64,000 bases of DNA, taken from IMG/VR virus record IMGVR_UViG_3300042894_001948. The stretch is one strand, 5' to 3'. Both the position numbers and the translations under genes were made by a program. Below the pieces are notes generated by a model. That model did no database searches and was not told the DNA's origin. It saw nothing but the letters and a program-made list of their open reading frames with translations. The DNA comes from a virus (lineage: Duplodnaviria > Heunggongvirae > Uroviricota > Caudoviricetes). Below are positions 30,101 through 40,100 of the stretch, piece after piece (the stretch's first letter is position 1; each line of letters opens with the position of its first letter).

Positions 30101-33100
30101 GCCGTATTGCGTTATCTTAGAATTAGTGCTATTAACTTTTATATTACGATTATAAACTGGATTATATTCCCACACTTCCCAATTACTTGTATCATCATAG
30201 AAATCAGTATCAATTTGATCATTATCAGTCCATAATTTCATCCCTGCTGAGACATCTTCTATTTTATAATTATTATCGTCAATTGTTTTTTTAATTCTAC
30301 GAGATATAAACAATCCTACAATTTGGGTATCAGGTATTGAGAATAATGTTCTTTCTGATATATCAATAATACCAGTCCCTTCAACAATAGTCGATACTCC
30401 TAAAACTGAAATTTCATTTATTCCGGTATCTGTTAACGAGACTACTGTAATAATCAAATCATTAGCAGGACTAGTTCCTCCTAAATTGCTACCTAAAATT
30501 GTAATAGTGTCGCCTATTTCATAGTTAGTGCCTCCGTCGACTACAGTAACTTCGTACTGTAAATTAGATCGGGTAACAGTAAATACTGATTCGATACCAA
30601 CTCCTGAGGTTAACCATTGCGAAACTTCGCTATAATCAACATGTATCTTGTTAACTTCATACACTGTATTGTTAGATAACGATATTATTGATCCAATTTC
30701 TAAATCTTTAATATCTTCAAGTATAATATTATTAGTTACTGGGTCATCCTGAGTAATATCAAGTATGGTATACGAGTTACGACGATCTGCATATTGGTAA
30801 ATATTCCAATCTAATGGCGCAAATGTACACATTATATACTGGCCATAACTAAATGTTGAACTATCTGCTGTTAACAAGTCATCTATTGAAGTTAACATTA
30901 CGTCAACTTCGTCTAATCTTGCATAAACTGTTGAAGTTTTTACTGACTTAGCTTCTGGCCAAACATTTGAGGTATAACTGTCTGGTTTTAAAAACACTTC
31001 TGACGGAATTTGCTGTATAACAATATTAGATGCACTTGTTCGATCATTAACTAATTGAAATCCTTGCGGATTAGTAGTAAAATATGATTCAGGTAAAATA
31101 AATTCAACATTTTCAAAAGACGAACATGCACCGTATTGACCTACTCGTAATGCCCACTCTTCGTAAAACTGCAAACTTTCTCGATCACTTGCACTTAGAA
31201 CATCAAATAATTTATTAAGAACATTTTGTGTTCCTTTTTCAATAATCATACCTTGATAAAATTTATATTCACTAACATCATCCTGTATAATATTTTCAAG
31301 GTATTGTCTTTTTTGATATCCAACTAAATGTTGAGCCATTTTTTGCTGTGCATCTTCAAAATTTTCACTATCTAAATTGTAAAAATCAGTAAATTGACTT
31401 GCTTTATAATTCCAATTCGGTATTAATTTAGGTTGTGGTTTTTTACTTAATTTAACCCAGTGTGCGTTATTAAACGATTCACTCCCTGGCAACGTTGCAT
31501 CTGCACTATAATAAAATGACTTATGTTTTACTATATCACCAACTGAATATGCTTTCCACGGAGTCCATCCAGTTGTTAATGCTTGATCAACTATAAAACC
31601 TGGTACATTTAGTGACCCATTCCAATCAATACTAACGTATCCTGAAACTTTAAGTTTGTCTTGTTTATACCCACTTTCTAAATTATATATAGTGTCATTA
31701 AACATAGTAGTATTATTAATAACTACTACATGTTCACGCCGCACTAAGTAAAAACTAGCACAGTATATGCCAACATCATTTCGTGGAGAATAAGAAACTG
31801 CATTGTCTACTCTAAATGTATTTAAAAAGTCAGTAGCGATTGGGTTTCCGCTTGCATCAAAAATTTCATAAACATTTGTAGGTTTATTAATATCATCAAC
31901 TACAGATAAAATTGTGTTAAACACTAATTTTTTAGCTGCAGGACTTAATGAAATTACAGAATTTCCTGTTAAATCAACGCCATTTAACAAATAATATTCA
32001 TCTTCATTGAACCACCCTAAAGAAGTATTAACTAATGCTTTATAAAAATCTCCATTGTATCTTACTAAATCTCCATACAATACTACAGTGTTAGGTGTCC
32101 ATTCTTTCCATGTTACTGTAGGTGCTGTCCAATTTTGTGTAGTCCAAAACATAAATTCTTTAGCTGCAGTTTCCCAATTAGATACTGCCGATAACTCAGA
32201 ATTAAATTCGTCAAATTTAAATCCTTGAACTTTTAACCATTCTCCGTAACCTATTAAAAAATCAACCACTTCTTGAATTGACCCAAGTTTAGTGCCGTAC
32301 TGCATTACGATTTCTTGTTGTTTCCAAGCAGCCCTAAATAGAACAGTTGCGCCTCCGGATATCGGTAATGAATCTAACTCGTAATATGTCTCAGTAGTAA
32401 ATGTAGTTGATGTATGATTTAATATTACTCTATAATACTTTCCTTGATAAGAAACAATATTTCCTTCATTGTAAATATATCCATATCCCCATTCCGTGTA
32501 ACTTTCGGATATTCCGCCAACATTTGTTAACACGCCTGATGTTGACAAAGGTTTATAATATGTAAAATAAGGTTGTAATTTGCTATAACCTTTAATTTCA
32601 AATCCGCCAACTACTTTAGTAATAATTACTCCACTATATGTTAATATAGCAATTGGTGATGAAGTGTTTAATACTAATTTATAATCCTCTTGAGGTATAA
32701 AAATACTACCAGTTGCTGTAGGAGATTTTGAATCTAATAGTAAATTAAACTTTTCTTTACTTGTAAATGCACTAACTCTATAACATATTTTTGCAGTAAT
32801 TGTTTCTAAATCATTTTTATATGAGTTATAAGAAGTTAATTGATCACAATTAATATAATTAATCAAATAATTTACTAAACCTGCAGTTTGAACACGAGTA
32901 TTACTTAAATAAACACTTGGAAATTTAATTGCAGCAGGGGTAATACGTAAGTTTGTATCTAAATACACAAGTTGACCTGTAACATTTCTAACTAATCGAG
33001 ATCGATCAAACAACGTTCCAATTATGTGAGAAGGATGTAACAAAATAGCAGTTTTTAATACACTAAATGCATAATGCGAATTTCGTCTCCATGCTGTTTC

Positions 33101-36100
33101 GACTGGAGATCCGTCACCAAAAGAAAAATCACCTTGAATACTATACACTCGATCGCCATTTGCTAGCGTACTATCATATGGACTAATTAACTCTCCTTGT
33201 TCGTTAACCGGAATATGAGAAAGTAAGAACGGTTTAACATATTTAGAACGGTAGACAATTGGTTTACCTGGTTCTCTCACTATGCCGTTACTTATATCGT
33301 CCCACAGGATTAAATTATTGCTAGTATACGGAGCCGGACCGTATATTTCTGTCCACCACATAGGTTCTTCTGTAAATCCTAACATTTCCCAAGGACATAT
33401 GTGCGGGCGATCAGTATCGAGCATCCATTGATAAATTCCTCTCCAATATGCCGGTGTAATTCTACCATCAGGCGTAGTATGGTTAGCATAGTTATATGTA
33501 AATGAATTTGTTTTATCGTAACTTAGCACTGTTGAAAAATCAACACCTGCATCAGATGCCCATTTATTAAAATTTGGCATTATTACTGAATTAAATTCTG
33601 ATAAACTGTATGCGGTTTTTCGAGAATACGAAGGTATAATGTTAGTTAAATCAAAAATATAAGGATCGTATTCTACTTTTATGTTATTATAAATTCGTTT
33701 TTCTAACTCTAATACTAATGCATCTCGATAATCTTCATATGCTGCAGTTAAACTACCGTCGTGACCTTGAATCATTATTCTAGGGTTAACTAACGAAGTA
33801 TCTAAAAATATTTTTGGTTCGTATTTTGGCCATAATCCTAATTTTGTTGGTGTTTCTGGAATCAAACATCCATCTGTACTATCATATTCATAAATTGTTA
33901 TCACATCTCCTGCAATTAACGGTGCATGTACGAATACAAACCCTTGATCATTAAAATTATAATTATGATTATGTAATAGTTGCACATCATTTAAATACAC
34001 ACCTACTGCCTTGCTCGATAACTTTGATAAACTAAACACTTCTGATAACGAAAAAATATTATCTTCCGGAGCAGCTACTGTAAAATTAACTTGTGTCTTT
34101 GCATTATATGGTACCATATCACTAAAATAATACGGTGCTGTTTTAGACATATCTTTAAACATGTCTTGTAAAATTATGTTAACGTGTGTAAATGGATTAG
34201 TATCAATACCTAAGGTTTCAGCAACAGTTAAAAAAGATTTTTTAAATTTACAATAATCATCTCGTGATTGATCAACTGCTCTTACTATATTGTTTGTATC
34301 AGACGTAATATGATATACTGATAAACTAGCAGGACCGCTATGTTGAACAAACTTTGTACCAAACTGAGAAATACTACCTAAATCTCTTAAATTACTAGTA
34401 CCAGGATAACTTCCTTTAAAACCAATTCTATAAATGTTGTCAACAATGCTACCTACATGATCAATAACTTCACCTAATGTAAACTCTGATAATACTCCGT
34501 TTAACGGATTATTCTGTAAATTAATAGGTATTTCATAATATCCATTGTTGTTAATTGGATTCATTGAGAATACTTTAATTAATACTATATCAGTTAATTT
34601 AAGATCATTATCAAATTTTATTTGATGATACGGTAAGTTAACATTTTTTGAGTTAGTTGAAATAACTTGGTAATAATTTAACTTACTATCTTTTAATTCA
34701 GTTGATGCAGGATGCCATTCAATAGCGCGTACATTGTTTACATAAACCCGTAAATCTATATCATCAATATTAGGCAAGTTATCAAAAATATCAATATCAA
34801 AGTTATTAACAAAATTAGAATCTTTATATAATTGTATTGCAGGTTGTGTATTTTTAATGTTAGCAGTTTCCCACCCGTTAGTGTATGTTACTCGATTATT
34901 AATAGTTTTAATCAAAAATCCAGTATCAATTGATTGTTCAACTGTTTTTTCATTTAATTCGTATTGAAATGTATCAGTAATCAATGAAAATTTAAAAACA
35001 ATATCTCCAATATTATTAATATTTTTATACGATAATGCAAACCCTAAATTGTTGTCAGATGTGCCACTTCCTATTTTATAAGAAAAAATTGAAGTACCAG
35101 TAAACGTTGTACCAGGGTAAACAGTTTTGTCACCTACACTTACTAAATTAGCATCAACTATGTCAAATAACGGTGGTTGATTTGAAGATGTTTTACTTTG
35201 GCATTTAGTCCATGCTGTGCCATTAAACCAATACATTGTACCTTGAGAAGTTACTCCTTCTTTTACTAACACAACTTGATTATACTTTGGTTCAGAAACT
35301 TTTACTAAGCGAATTTGGCGACTCGAGTCAACTGTTGTAATAAGATTAGTAATTGTACCTGCTACCGGTTTATTACCCCCAATAACCATATATTCAATAC
35401 TAGTTGAACTAATAATTGCAGTTACTTTAATAGCATCTGGTGTAATCTTTCCGCTATATAACTTGCCAGTTACTGATGTTGCAGAAAGAGTTGCTCCAAT
35501 AAAAAGATTTACCGTTGACGTTAATCCAGTAATAGCTGCTGTCCATCCCGAATTAACTGCAGTAACTTGTGTAATTGTTCCGGCAGTACTTATGATTCGA
35601 TTACCTATCTCGTGTAATACATCAATAAATTCAACTTCGTATATGTTATTTTTTACAAGAATATCAGTATCTGCGGTAAAAATTACACGCTGACCATTAG
35701 ATACAGAAATTCCATCAATATTGTACCCATATGCCCCTTCGACTAATGAGAATGCATCAACCGTATAATCATCAATCACGTTAATATCAGTAATTGCAGT
35801 ATTTCCAAAATTAAATAATTTTAAATTTTGTTCAAATTCAATAATTGGTCTAACTGCTCGAAATGATTGATCGTATGTTGCAGTTATGCTGTTAACTAAC
35901 GCACTAGATTCAATAACGTCTTTGTGAACCCATTTATTATTTCTACTCCAGTAATTTCTATCAGCACTTGCTCGGTTAATCACTATATAATCAGGATTAG
36001 TAACATACGAAGTTGAATCACTAAATGGCGAAGTGTCAAATACTACAGTATCAAATAACATAGATTTTGTCGTAGTATATGCTGTTATGATTTCTAAATC

Positions 36101-37168
36101 TTTTTCATTTATTAATTGTATACTACTACCTACACCTTCAACAAAATATCGGCCAGTTGCATATGATTTAGGGTATACTAATCCTGCAAATTGTACCCGC
36201 ATACCGTTACTTAATTCAACATCATTAAATTTATATGTTTTCTTTCCAATAATTTCTGCGTTAACATTAATTTGGCTTTTGTCACTAGGATCTAATATAA
36301 CAAACATGCCTCCCATATCAATATTGTTTTCGCAAACATATATTAACTCATCAGGAGCTGTAATAGGAACTGTAAAGGTGATAGTACCTGTCTCAACTGC
36401 ATACACCATGCGCTGCACATTGTTACCGTATGTATCCTTTACCGTAACAAAAACATCAGTTGTTAACGTTGGTGTAATATATCGATCAGTTATCCCTTCA
36501 GATCTTTCAGTTTTAATAATAAACGGACTACCGATACTATCAATTTTAAATGTATATGTATGCCCTCTATATAACGTGATTACTGGATTTTGTGTTAACC
36601 CGTCAGGAGAAAATATATAAGTACTACCGTCAACTGTAGTATTTGCTGTTACTTGATATGTACTAACTACTGTAGCGTTAGTACTATTAAAGATTGTAAC
36701 AGTATCAGGACCGTGAGGCATCCAATAGTAATTTTGAAAGTTAACAAATTTATCCCAATTAATATGAGGATTCCAACTATAAAATTCTTGAAAGTTTAAT
36801 CGAGAATGATCTGAAACATTTGCACCAAAAACTATTAATTGGTTAATATAGTCTTGATAATCTTTTAAAAATACAGTATTATCAAGCTCGTCGTCAATTA
36901 CAAACCCTGGTTCTAATTGGTAGTTTTGTCTAACTGCATTTGGCGCATCAACAAACACATCTGTTGACACTGTAGATTTAGCATACTGTCTTCCAATATA
37001 TCCACTAACTTTTTTAACTTGGCCTGATTGGGTAAGTTGATTAATTGTCGAATGCAAAAACTTTTTGTTAGCATCGGTTCTATAATGCCTAGGTAAAAAC
37101 GATGCAGATGTTGCTTCGTCACTTGTATCAGTTTGTTTAAATCTAGGTATAATATTTTTATTAGCCAT
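24107..37168 (-). CDS. Giant baseplate (wedge/periphery) protein with FG-GAP-like propeller and CBM5/12-like modules
   Basis: 4353 aa uninterrupted; directly follows the gp6-like gene; FGxS(V/I)Ax repeats; four W..xY..G(D/N)IV.Y.G..Y modules. Confidence 0.7.
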   Translation of the reverse strand: MANKNIIPRFKQTDTSDEATSASFLPRHYRTDANKKFLHSTINQLTQSGQVKKVSGYIGRQYAKSTVSTDVFVDAPNAVRQNYQLEPGFVIDDELDNTVFLKDYQDYINQLIVFGANVSDHSRLNFQEFYSWNPHINWDKFVNFQNYYWMPHGPDTVTIFNSTNATVVSTYQVTANTTVDGSTYIFSPDGLTQNPVITLYRGHTYTFKIDSIGSPFIIKTERSEGITDRYITPTLTTDVFVTVKDTYGNNVQRMVYAVETGTITFTVPITAPDELIYVCENNIDMGGMFVILDPSDKSQINVNAEIIGKKTYKFNDVELSNGMRVQFAGLVYPKSYATGRYFVEGVGSSIQLINEKDLEIITAYTTTKSMLFDTVVFDTSPFSDSTSYVTNPDYIVINRASADRNYWSRNNKWVHKDVIESSALVNSITATYDQSFRAVRPIIEFEQNLKLFNFGNTAITDINVIDDYTVDAFSLVEGAYGYNIDGISVSNGQRVIFTADTDILVKNNIYEVEFIDVLHEIGNRIISTAGTITQVTAVNSGWTAAITGLTSTVNLFIGATLSATSVTGKLYSGKITPDAIKVTAIISSTSIEYMVIGGNKPVAGTITNLITTVDSSRQIRLVKVSEPKYNQVVLVKEGVTSQGTMYWFNGTAWTKCQSKTSSNQPPLFDIVDANLVSVGDKTVYPGTTFTGTSIFSYKIGSGTSDNNLGFALSYKNINNIGDIVFKFSLITDTFQYELNEKTVEQSIDTGFLIKTINNRVTYTNGWETANIKNTQPAIQLYKDSNFVNNFDIDIFDNLPNIDDIDLRVYVNNVRAIEWHPASTELKDSKLNYYQVISTNSKNVNLPYHQIKFDNDLKLTDIVLIKVFSMNPINNNGYYEIPINLQNNPLNGVLSEFTLGEVIDHVGSIVDNIYRIGFKGSYPGTSNLRDLGSISQFGTKFVQHSGPASLSVYHITSDTNNIVRAVDQSRDDYCKFKKSFLTVAETLGIDTNPFTHVNIILQDMFKDMSKTAPYYFSDMVPYNAKTQVNFTVAAPEDNIFSLSEVFSLSKLSSKAVGVYLNDVQLLHNHNYNFNDQGFVFVHAPLIAGDVITIYEYDSTDGCLIPETPTKLGLWPKYEPKIFLDTSLVNPRIMIQGHDGSLTAAYEDYRDALVLELEKRIYNNIKVEYDPYIFDLTNIIPSYSRKTAYSLSEFNSVIMPNFNKWASDAGVDFSTVLSYDKTNSFTYNYANHTTPDGRITPAYWRGIYQWMLDTDRPHICPWEMLGFTEEPMWWTEIYGPAPYTSNNLILWDDISNGIVREPGKPIVYRSKYVKPFLLSHIPVNEQGELISPYDSTLANGDRVYSIQGDFSFGDGSPVETAWRRNSHYAFSVLKTAILLHPSHIIGTLFDRSRLVRNVTGQLVYLDTNLRITPAAIKFPSVYLSNTRVQTAGLVNYLINYINCDQLTSYNSYKNDLETITAKICYRVSAFTSKEKFNLLLDSKSPTATGSIFIPQEDYKLVLNTSSPIAILTYSGVIITKVVGGFEIKGYSKLQPYFTYYKPLSTSGVLTNVGGISESYTEWGYGYIYNEGNIVSYQGKYYRVILNHTSTTFTTETYYELDSLPISGGATVLFRAAWKQQEIVMQYGTKLGSIQEVVDFLIGYGEWLKVQGFKFDEFNSELSAVSNWETAAKEFMFWTTQNWTAPTVTWKEWTPNTVVLYGDLVRYNGDFYKALVNTSLGWFNEDEYYLLNGVDLTGNSVISLSPAAKKLVFNTILSVVDDINKPTNVYEIFDASGNPIATDFLNTFRVDNAVSYSPRNDVGIYCASFYLVRREHVVVINNTTMFNDTIYNLESGYKQDKLKVSGYVSIDWNGSLNVPGFIVDQALTTGWTPWKAYSVGDIVKHKSFYYSADATLPGSESFNNAHWVKLSKKPQPKLIPNWNYKASQFTDFYNLDSENFEDAQQKMAQHLVGYQKRQYLENIIQDDVSEYKFYQGMIIEKGTQNVLNKLFDVLSASDRESLQFYEEWALRVGQYGACSSFENVEFILPESYFTTNPQGFQLVNDRTSASNIVIQQIPSEVFLKPDSYTSNVWPEAKSVKTSTVYARLDEVDVMLTSIDDLLTADSSTFSYGQYIMCTFAPLDWNIYQYADRRNSYTILDITQDDPVTNNIILEDIKDLEIGSIISLSNNTVYEVNKIHVDYSEVSQWLTSGVGIESVFTVTRSNLQYEVTVVDGGTNYEIGDTITILGSNLGGTSPANDLIITVVSLTDTGINEISVLGVSTIVEGTGIIDISERTLFSIPDTQIVGLFISRRIKKTIDDNNYKIEDVSAGMKLWTDNDQIDTDFYDDTSNWEVWEYNPVYNRNIKVNSTNSKITQYGRSSAASENGKTIAISAVTAENLEDEGSVMIYSNTALQGWILTQVILSRVSLYHKDGFAKVIAMSADSNWIAIGSPAADQYKRGGVLIYKKDNSNFYVLYNTLVSPTPVNNEQFGYSVTFGNNMLFIGTAVGSVYQISYKIVLHATPVYISIGSYGAVLKLSSTTNITDGMLVTGTGLEDGQYVLSVDIENSAVTLSAEPSKKPVGLIEFLSYEWVIEDYVLVGDTGSLQFGTSIAASQNNTLVISEPYNEDTSTNTILKGKVYVYTNNDYLSPTIIEAPDNSRLFGKRVAISKNDDYIAISSLVDDVVYEGKVLIYKFNDYAAPNQTLTSPSIAVSGEFGSNIQFINNFSTIIVGHAITPLLIKDATFYDVTDPTTFPITTEPTRFSTFINSIYSSAIDVFDMYKNIWIFSERLVPIDPVINNATFGSSVTVTPNSIIVGAPASNDNAGVVYEFIKLTNTYTWKIKNKVIPKPDITKIKQAFLYNRRTNKLVKYLDIVDPIQDKHPTIAEREIKYKFAYDPAVYTVGTATVNVDEGVAWTSDQVGSLWWDLRTTKFIDNFTDSVIYRNSMLSSLAYGASVDVYEWVASRYKPADWDKRADTDAGLALNISGKSLYGDAVYSSVKRYDTLSQTFSYIYYFWVKNKEIAIPGRSISAATISKLISNPKGEGYAYLALTGLDSFSLINVQSLLIHNDIVLSVEYWKVDKTDQNIHTQWKLISNSSTTTLPTNIEEKWFDSLCGKDINNRLVPNPSLPIKIRYGIENRPRQGMFINRFDALKQLIEKTNLILKPLLVTDTADLSNLKKYDLPPSVMNRLYDTTIDTDAELRFAITKYYKTPILNAVITDGKISKVIIVEPGRGYVNPPLLTVYGSGTSALLKTSINAIGQVTDVIIENSGLNYNDDTVIRVRSFSVLILSDSSSNGKWSIYSYIASSHTWFKTLSYAYDVTKYWEYADWYETGINQFTTIQHSVDTYADLYQLSDRVGDRVKIRVTNSGRWVILEKYFNEELQKEDYKVVGSQNGTIQFSSLLYNFKDTSIGYDGAIYDSVVYDNYADTELRIILNAIKNDLLIGIDLKPKYLDLFFSSVRHAMSEQTYIDWIFKTSFVNVMHNVGYMHQSSTYKNDNLSNFEDYVSEVKPYRTQVREYISSYDVLDTNNTGVSDFDLPPVYNSKTQLIEVVDNTNPLINTYPWKTWLDTVGYAIVDIKITDGGAEYLTEPTIVIESETGTGATARAFIVNKQIVRIKLITNGSKYTTTPVINIIGGHSVDGRSAKAIAILGNSVIRTSNIKMKFDRIYQDFVIDDLQYSETLENITGTKVQYGLKWLPDLTVGKTNVIINGQTVVRDSYTIGTVSTILDGHPVYTGVITFKVAPAKSSVIVVNYYKNNEVLNATDRIQYYYKPISGELGKDLPQLMSGVDYGGVIVSGLNFNVVQGWDSIPYYTDTWDNFNPNTNDFSVTVGSTFSYDIVMPYLPVKGSTFNVYYKKFGSLVITGILNGSFMTSDTSLITDSMKINFANSNGGVSIEKEYYVSSFSKDLSFTITEVIGTPSIYLTGSGTNTGTFYLNPIRIDDPDFVVGVINPTVPNAIMATPIMTGDTDIIEIPSSINAANGDTFIIRKHTSDGSVVNDYDTILSGGNFALGSAAGLAPEDINVDGDEFYSTVNGYGPEEVVPGQVVDTLAIKVFTTASSQPGATQINTAFMQFKDMLNAVTFTRLNNSKKTKLAKDLLQHDTTITLVNSQAFGGANQTYNIPGVININGERIEYFINDNNVLSNLRRGTMGTSVAEIHKAQSVVQDIGIAEKISYSDTVRIDQFVSDGTNLITLSYTPTKSLDSWSFLPTFTSSIPAGYGQCNNVEVFVGGYDDNATWVPKIYYNVNDIVNVGVYTYRCVVAHISSTEFKTDRSSKWIYFIGNIRLKKAPFKIHNMNNSASSPAGDVQFDADFSVNGTTKQIRLTHPITPGTLITVIKKTGMHWGLGATPVIAFITAETGSTYESPVN

Positions 37169-40100
37169 TAGTTACTCCCATAGGTTGAGCTAGTTATAAA
37201 TTGTCGAGTTAGTGTATTATTATCAATAGATAAATTTGACGATTTAATGTTTGTTGCAGTAATTCCTGAAATAATTTCAATGTCGTTAACAGTTGCACCG
37301 CTAACTAAAATTTCATTACTCTCTGATTTTATTTCATACAATCCGCCAAAATTAATATCTGAATGTTTAGGTACAATTACAAAATTAGATACGTACGGAG
37401 AAACTTTAGTTACAACATATGTTACTAACTCTGTAAAAAAGAAGGTATCTCCAAACTCCCAATTATCTAAAGAAAAGAACTCGTTAATTGCCGATATTAC
37501 TTGAGATTTAACATCGTTATCGGATACTACTTGACCTGGTGTTTTTGTAATCTTAAACGTTGCTTGTAACTCTAATGCTGCAGCTGATCCAAATAAAACT
37601 TTATAATTAACCGGATGATATATAACTTCATCCGAAATAGATTTAATTAAATTTAATGTAGGTGCTACAACATTATACAATTCATCCGAGCTTGGTGGTA
37701 ATGGTCTAGTTATAATTGATCCATTAATCCATTGTCTAAACAACATGTCATACGATTTAGTTAACATATACACATCGATAATGTTACTTGCACCGGGATC
37801 AATTCTTGAATCATAACTTGCTGCATGTTTATATTGGAATTTTAACTTATCTCGCCCTCTGTATACTTTGTAATCTGTTGATATTACTAACATTCCGGTA
37901 CTATTAGCTTGTTTTACTAAATTTGTATTAACAAAATAATAATATTTTCCCGGAATGCTAATATCCAACTCGTCTATTACTATTTCAACAATATTGTTAG
38001 TATTACTAATATATCGATAATCATCTTGACCTTGCGATATTGAATATCGTTCTTGCACTATAAATGCATGTTCGTTAACTGTAGTTTGAACAATTGTATT
38101 AAACAGTTCAGGATTATCAACTACTCCGTCGTTATCGAGATCAGAGAACGAAATAACAATTTTTTTATTGTCAACATATCCATCTAATCCAATATACTCA
38201 GAAACAACGTCCCACGAGAAATCAGTTGTAAATGGTTTAGTAGTTTCTGGATTAGTGTTTATACTTAAAACACTAATTTTGTCTCTTACTACTGAGTTTG
38301 AAACAGTTTTTGATAATACATCATTCTTATCATAATAAAATCTAAGTTGTGCATCGCTTTCAAAAATGTAACGAGTTTCTCGACTTGTTACAACATAATT
38401 CTCGTTATTGGTAGTAAACAACAGTAACCAACTTGCATCTTGTTGTGTTCCTGAAATATCACCTTGCATACTTAACGTAAATGAAGATAAGTAATCTATG
38501 TCAGCTTCGTAAACAATTTGCCAACTTTGATTTAACACATTGTAACTCAATGCAAATGCTTTATTCTCAAATATTAAATCAATAATAGTTGATACTATAC
38601 TAGTATCTAACACTGATCTAAATTGAGGAATAATTTGATGAACGATTGCACCAGTAGGTACCTTAATGTTTAACGTAATTCCAGTAGCCGATGCGCCTGC
38701 TACTGTAGTGTCAACAGCAACAACCGATGCCCATAAGAAGCTAACTGCACCGGCTATACTTGAAATGTCAACACCTGTGGGTAATTCTACTAATGCATTT
38801 TGTAATTTTGTATCAAAGTAATATTGTGCTGAACTGTTTGTAGGAGTTAAAAACTTAATTAATGCACCTGTTCTAATATATTGCAATTCGTTTTTATTAG
38901 CTTGATATTGTCCAACTTGAGCCACAACTCCGTCTGATGTAATACTTCCTGTTGTTAATACATTAGCAACCCATGCAGTTACTACGCTAGTTCCTAATAC
39001 TGGCAAATTTGTGTAATGTGAATAATAATAATTCCGTAACGCACTTCTCTTAAGAATAGAGTTTACAGTGTTATAAATAACTCCTTCAATATCAGTTTTA
39101 GTAACATATGAGAACGAATTTGAAATTTGATAATCTTCTGTGTACAGTACACCATCGTCTGCAAATAAATTTGTAGAACTATATTTTCCCGTTGGGTCAA
39201 CTAAGTCAAAATATCTGCTGATTCCACTTGACGACCGATTAACTGCTTTTACTTTTAACACTTGTTGACTTACACTTAATGGTGCAATATTATAATCTTC
39301 TCCTGTGATCATTCTGTTTTGAGTATAAAATGTAGAAGGGGCGTTTGCTTTAATATGTGCATTTGTTTCTGCGGCTTCGGCATTAGTTACAGACGATGCT
39401 AACGATAATGTTATTATTAACGTTTCTGTCTTTCCTATATTTGAAACATATGGCACAGAAATTGTTACATTTTTAATGTCTCGTGGATTGATTGAATATG
39501 TTATTCCATTACTAGATCTGTAATACACTTTAAATGCACCTAGTGGTTTATTACCAAATGTTCCGTCACTAAAGTTTAAACTAATTGCGTCACCTGCTCT
39601 AGTAGTTACACTGTAAATATTTCTAATATTTTTGTTAATACTGTTGTAAATAATATTGTTAGCTTCAAAATTTGACACTTTAGTCCATTCTTCTAACTCA
39701 TTTCCATTTTTATCTAACCTGTATAACCAAACATCCGAGTTATTAATCCCAGTAGTGCCTACGTCTACTATTTCATTGCTCCTTGGCTGAGTAACTGTAA
39801 ACTGAGAATTTGCTAATGTACCTTGTGTAAAATTTAAAAAAAATCCAGACCCTGCACTTCCGTATCCTTGACCGTCATTTCTATAGATGCACGACAATCG
39901 TTTACCAGATTTTGGTATTTCTTCGTAAATATAATTCTGCCCGGCAAATGTTGTGCTAGTAACTTCAAAGTTCATTATACGACCAGCAACGGTTTTTGTA
40001 AATGGGTAAACAGGAACACCTGTTTCCGAGCTTTTTAATGTATACTTCTCAGTAGGAATACCATAAACAGTAGCTTTATCTGATGGATTTCCAAACTGCT

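Noticed and set aside
8644-36620. Dozens of 60-195 aa ORFs on the + strand opposite the giant tail genes
   Set aside because: Antisense shadows of Thr/Val/Gly-rich codon usage; no RBS or motifs, fully nested in long ORFs
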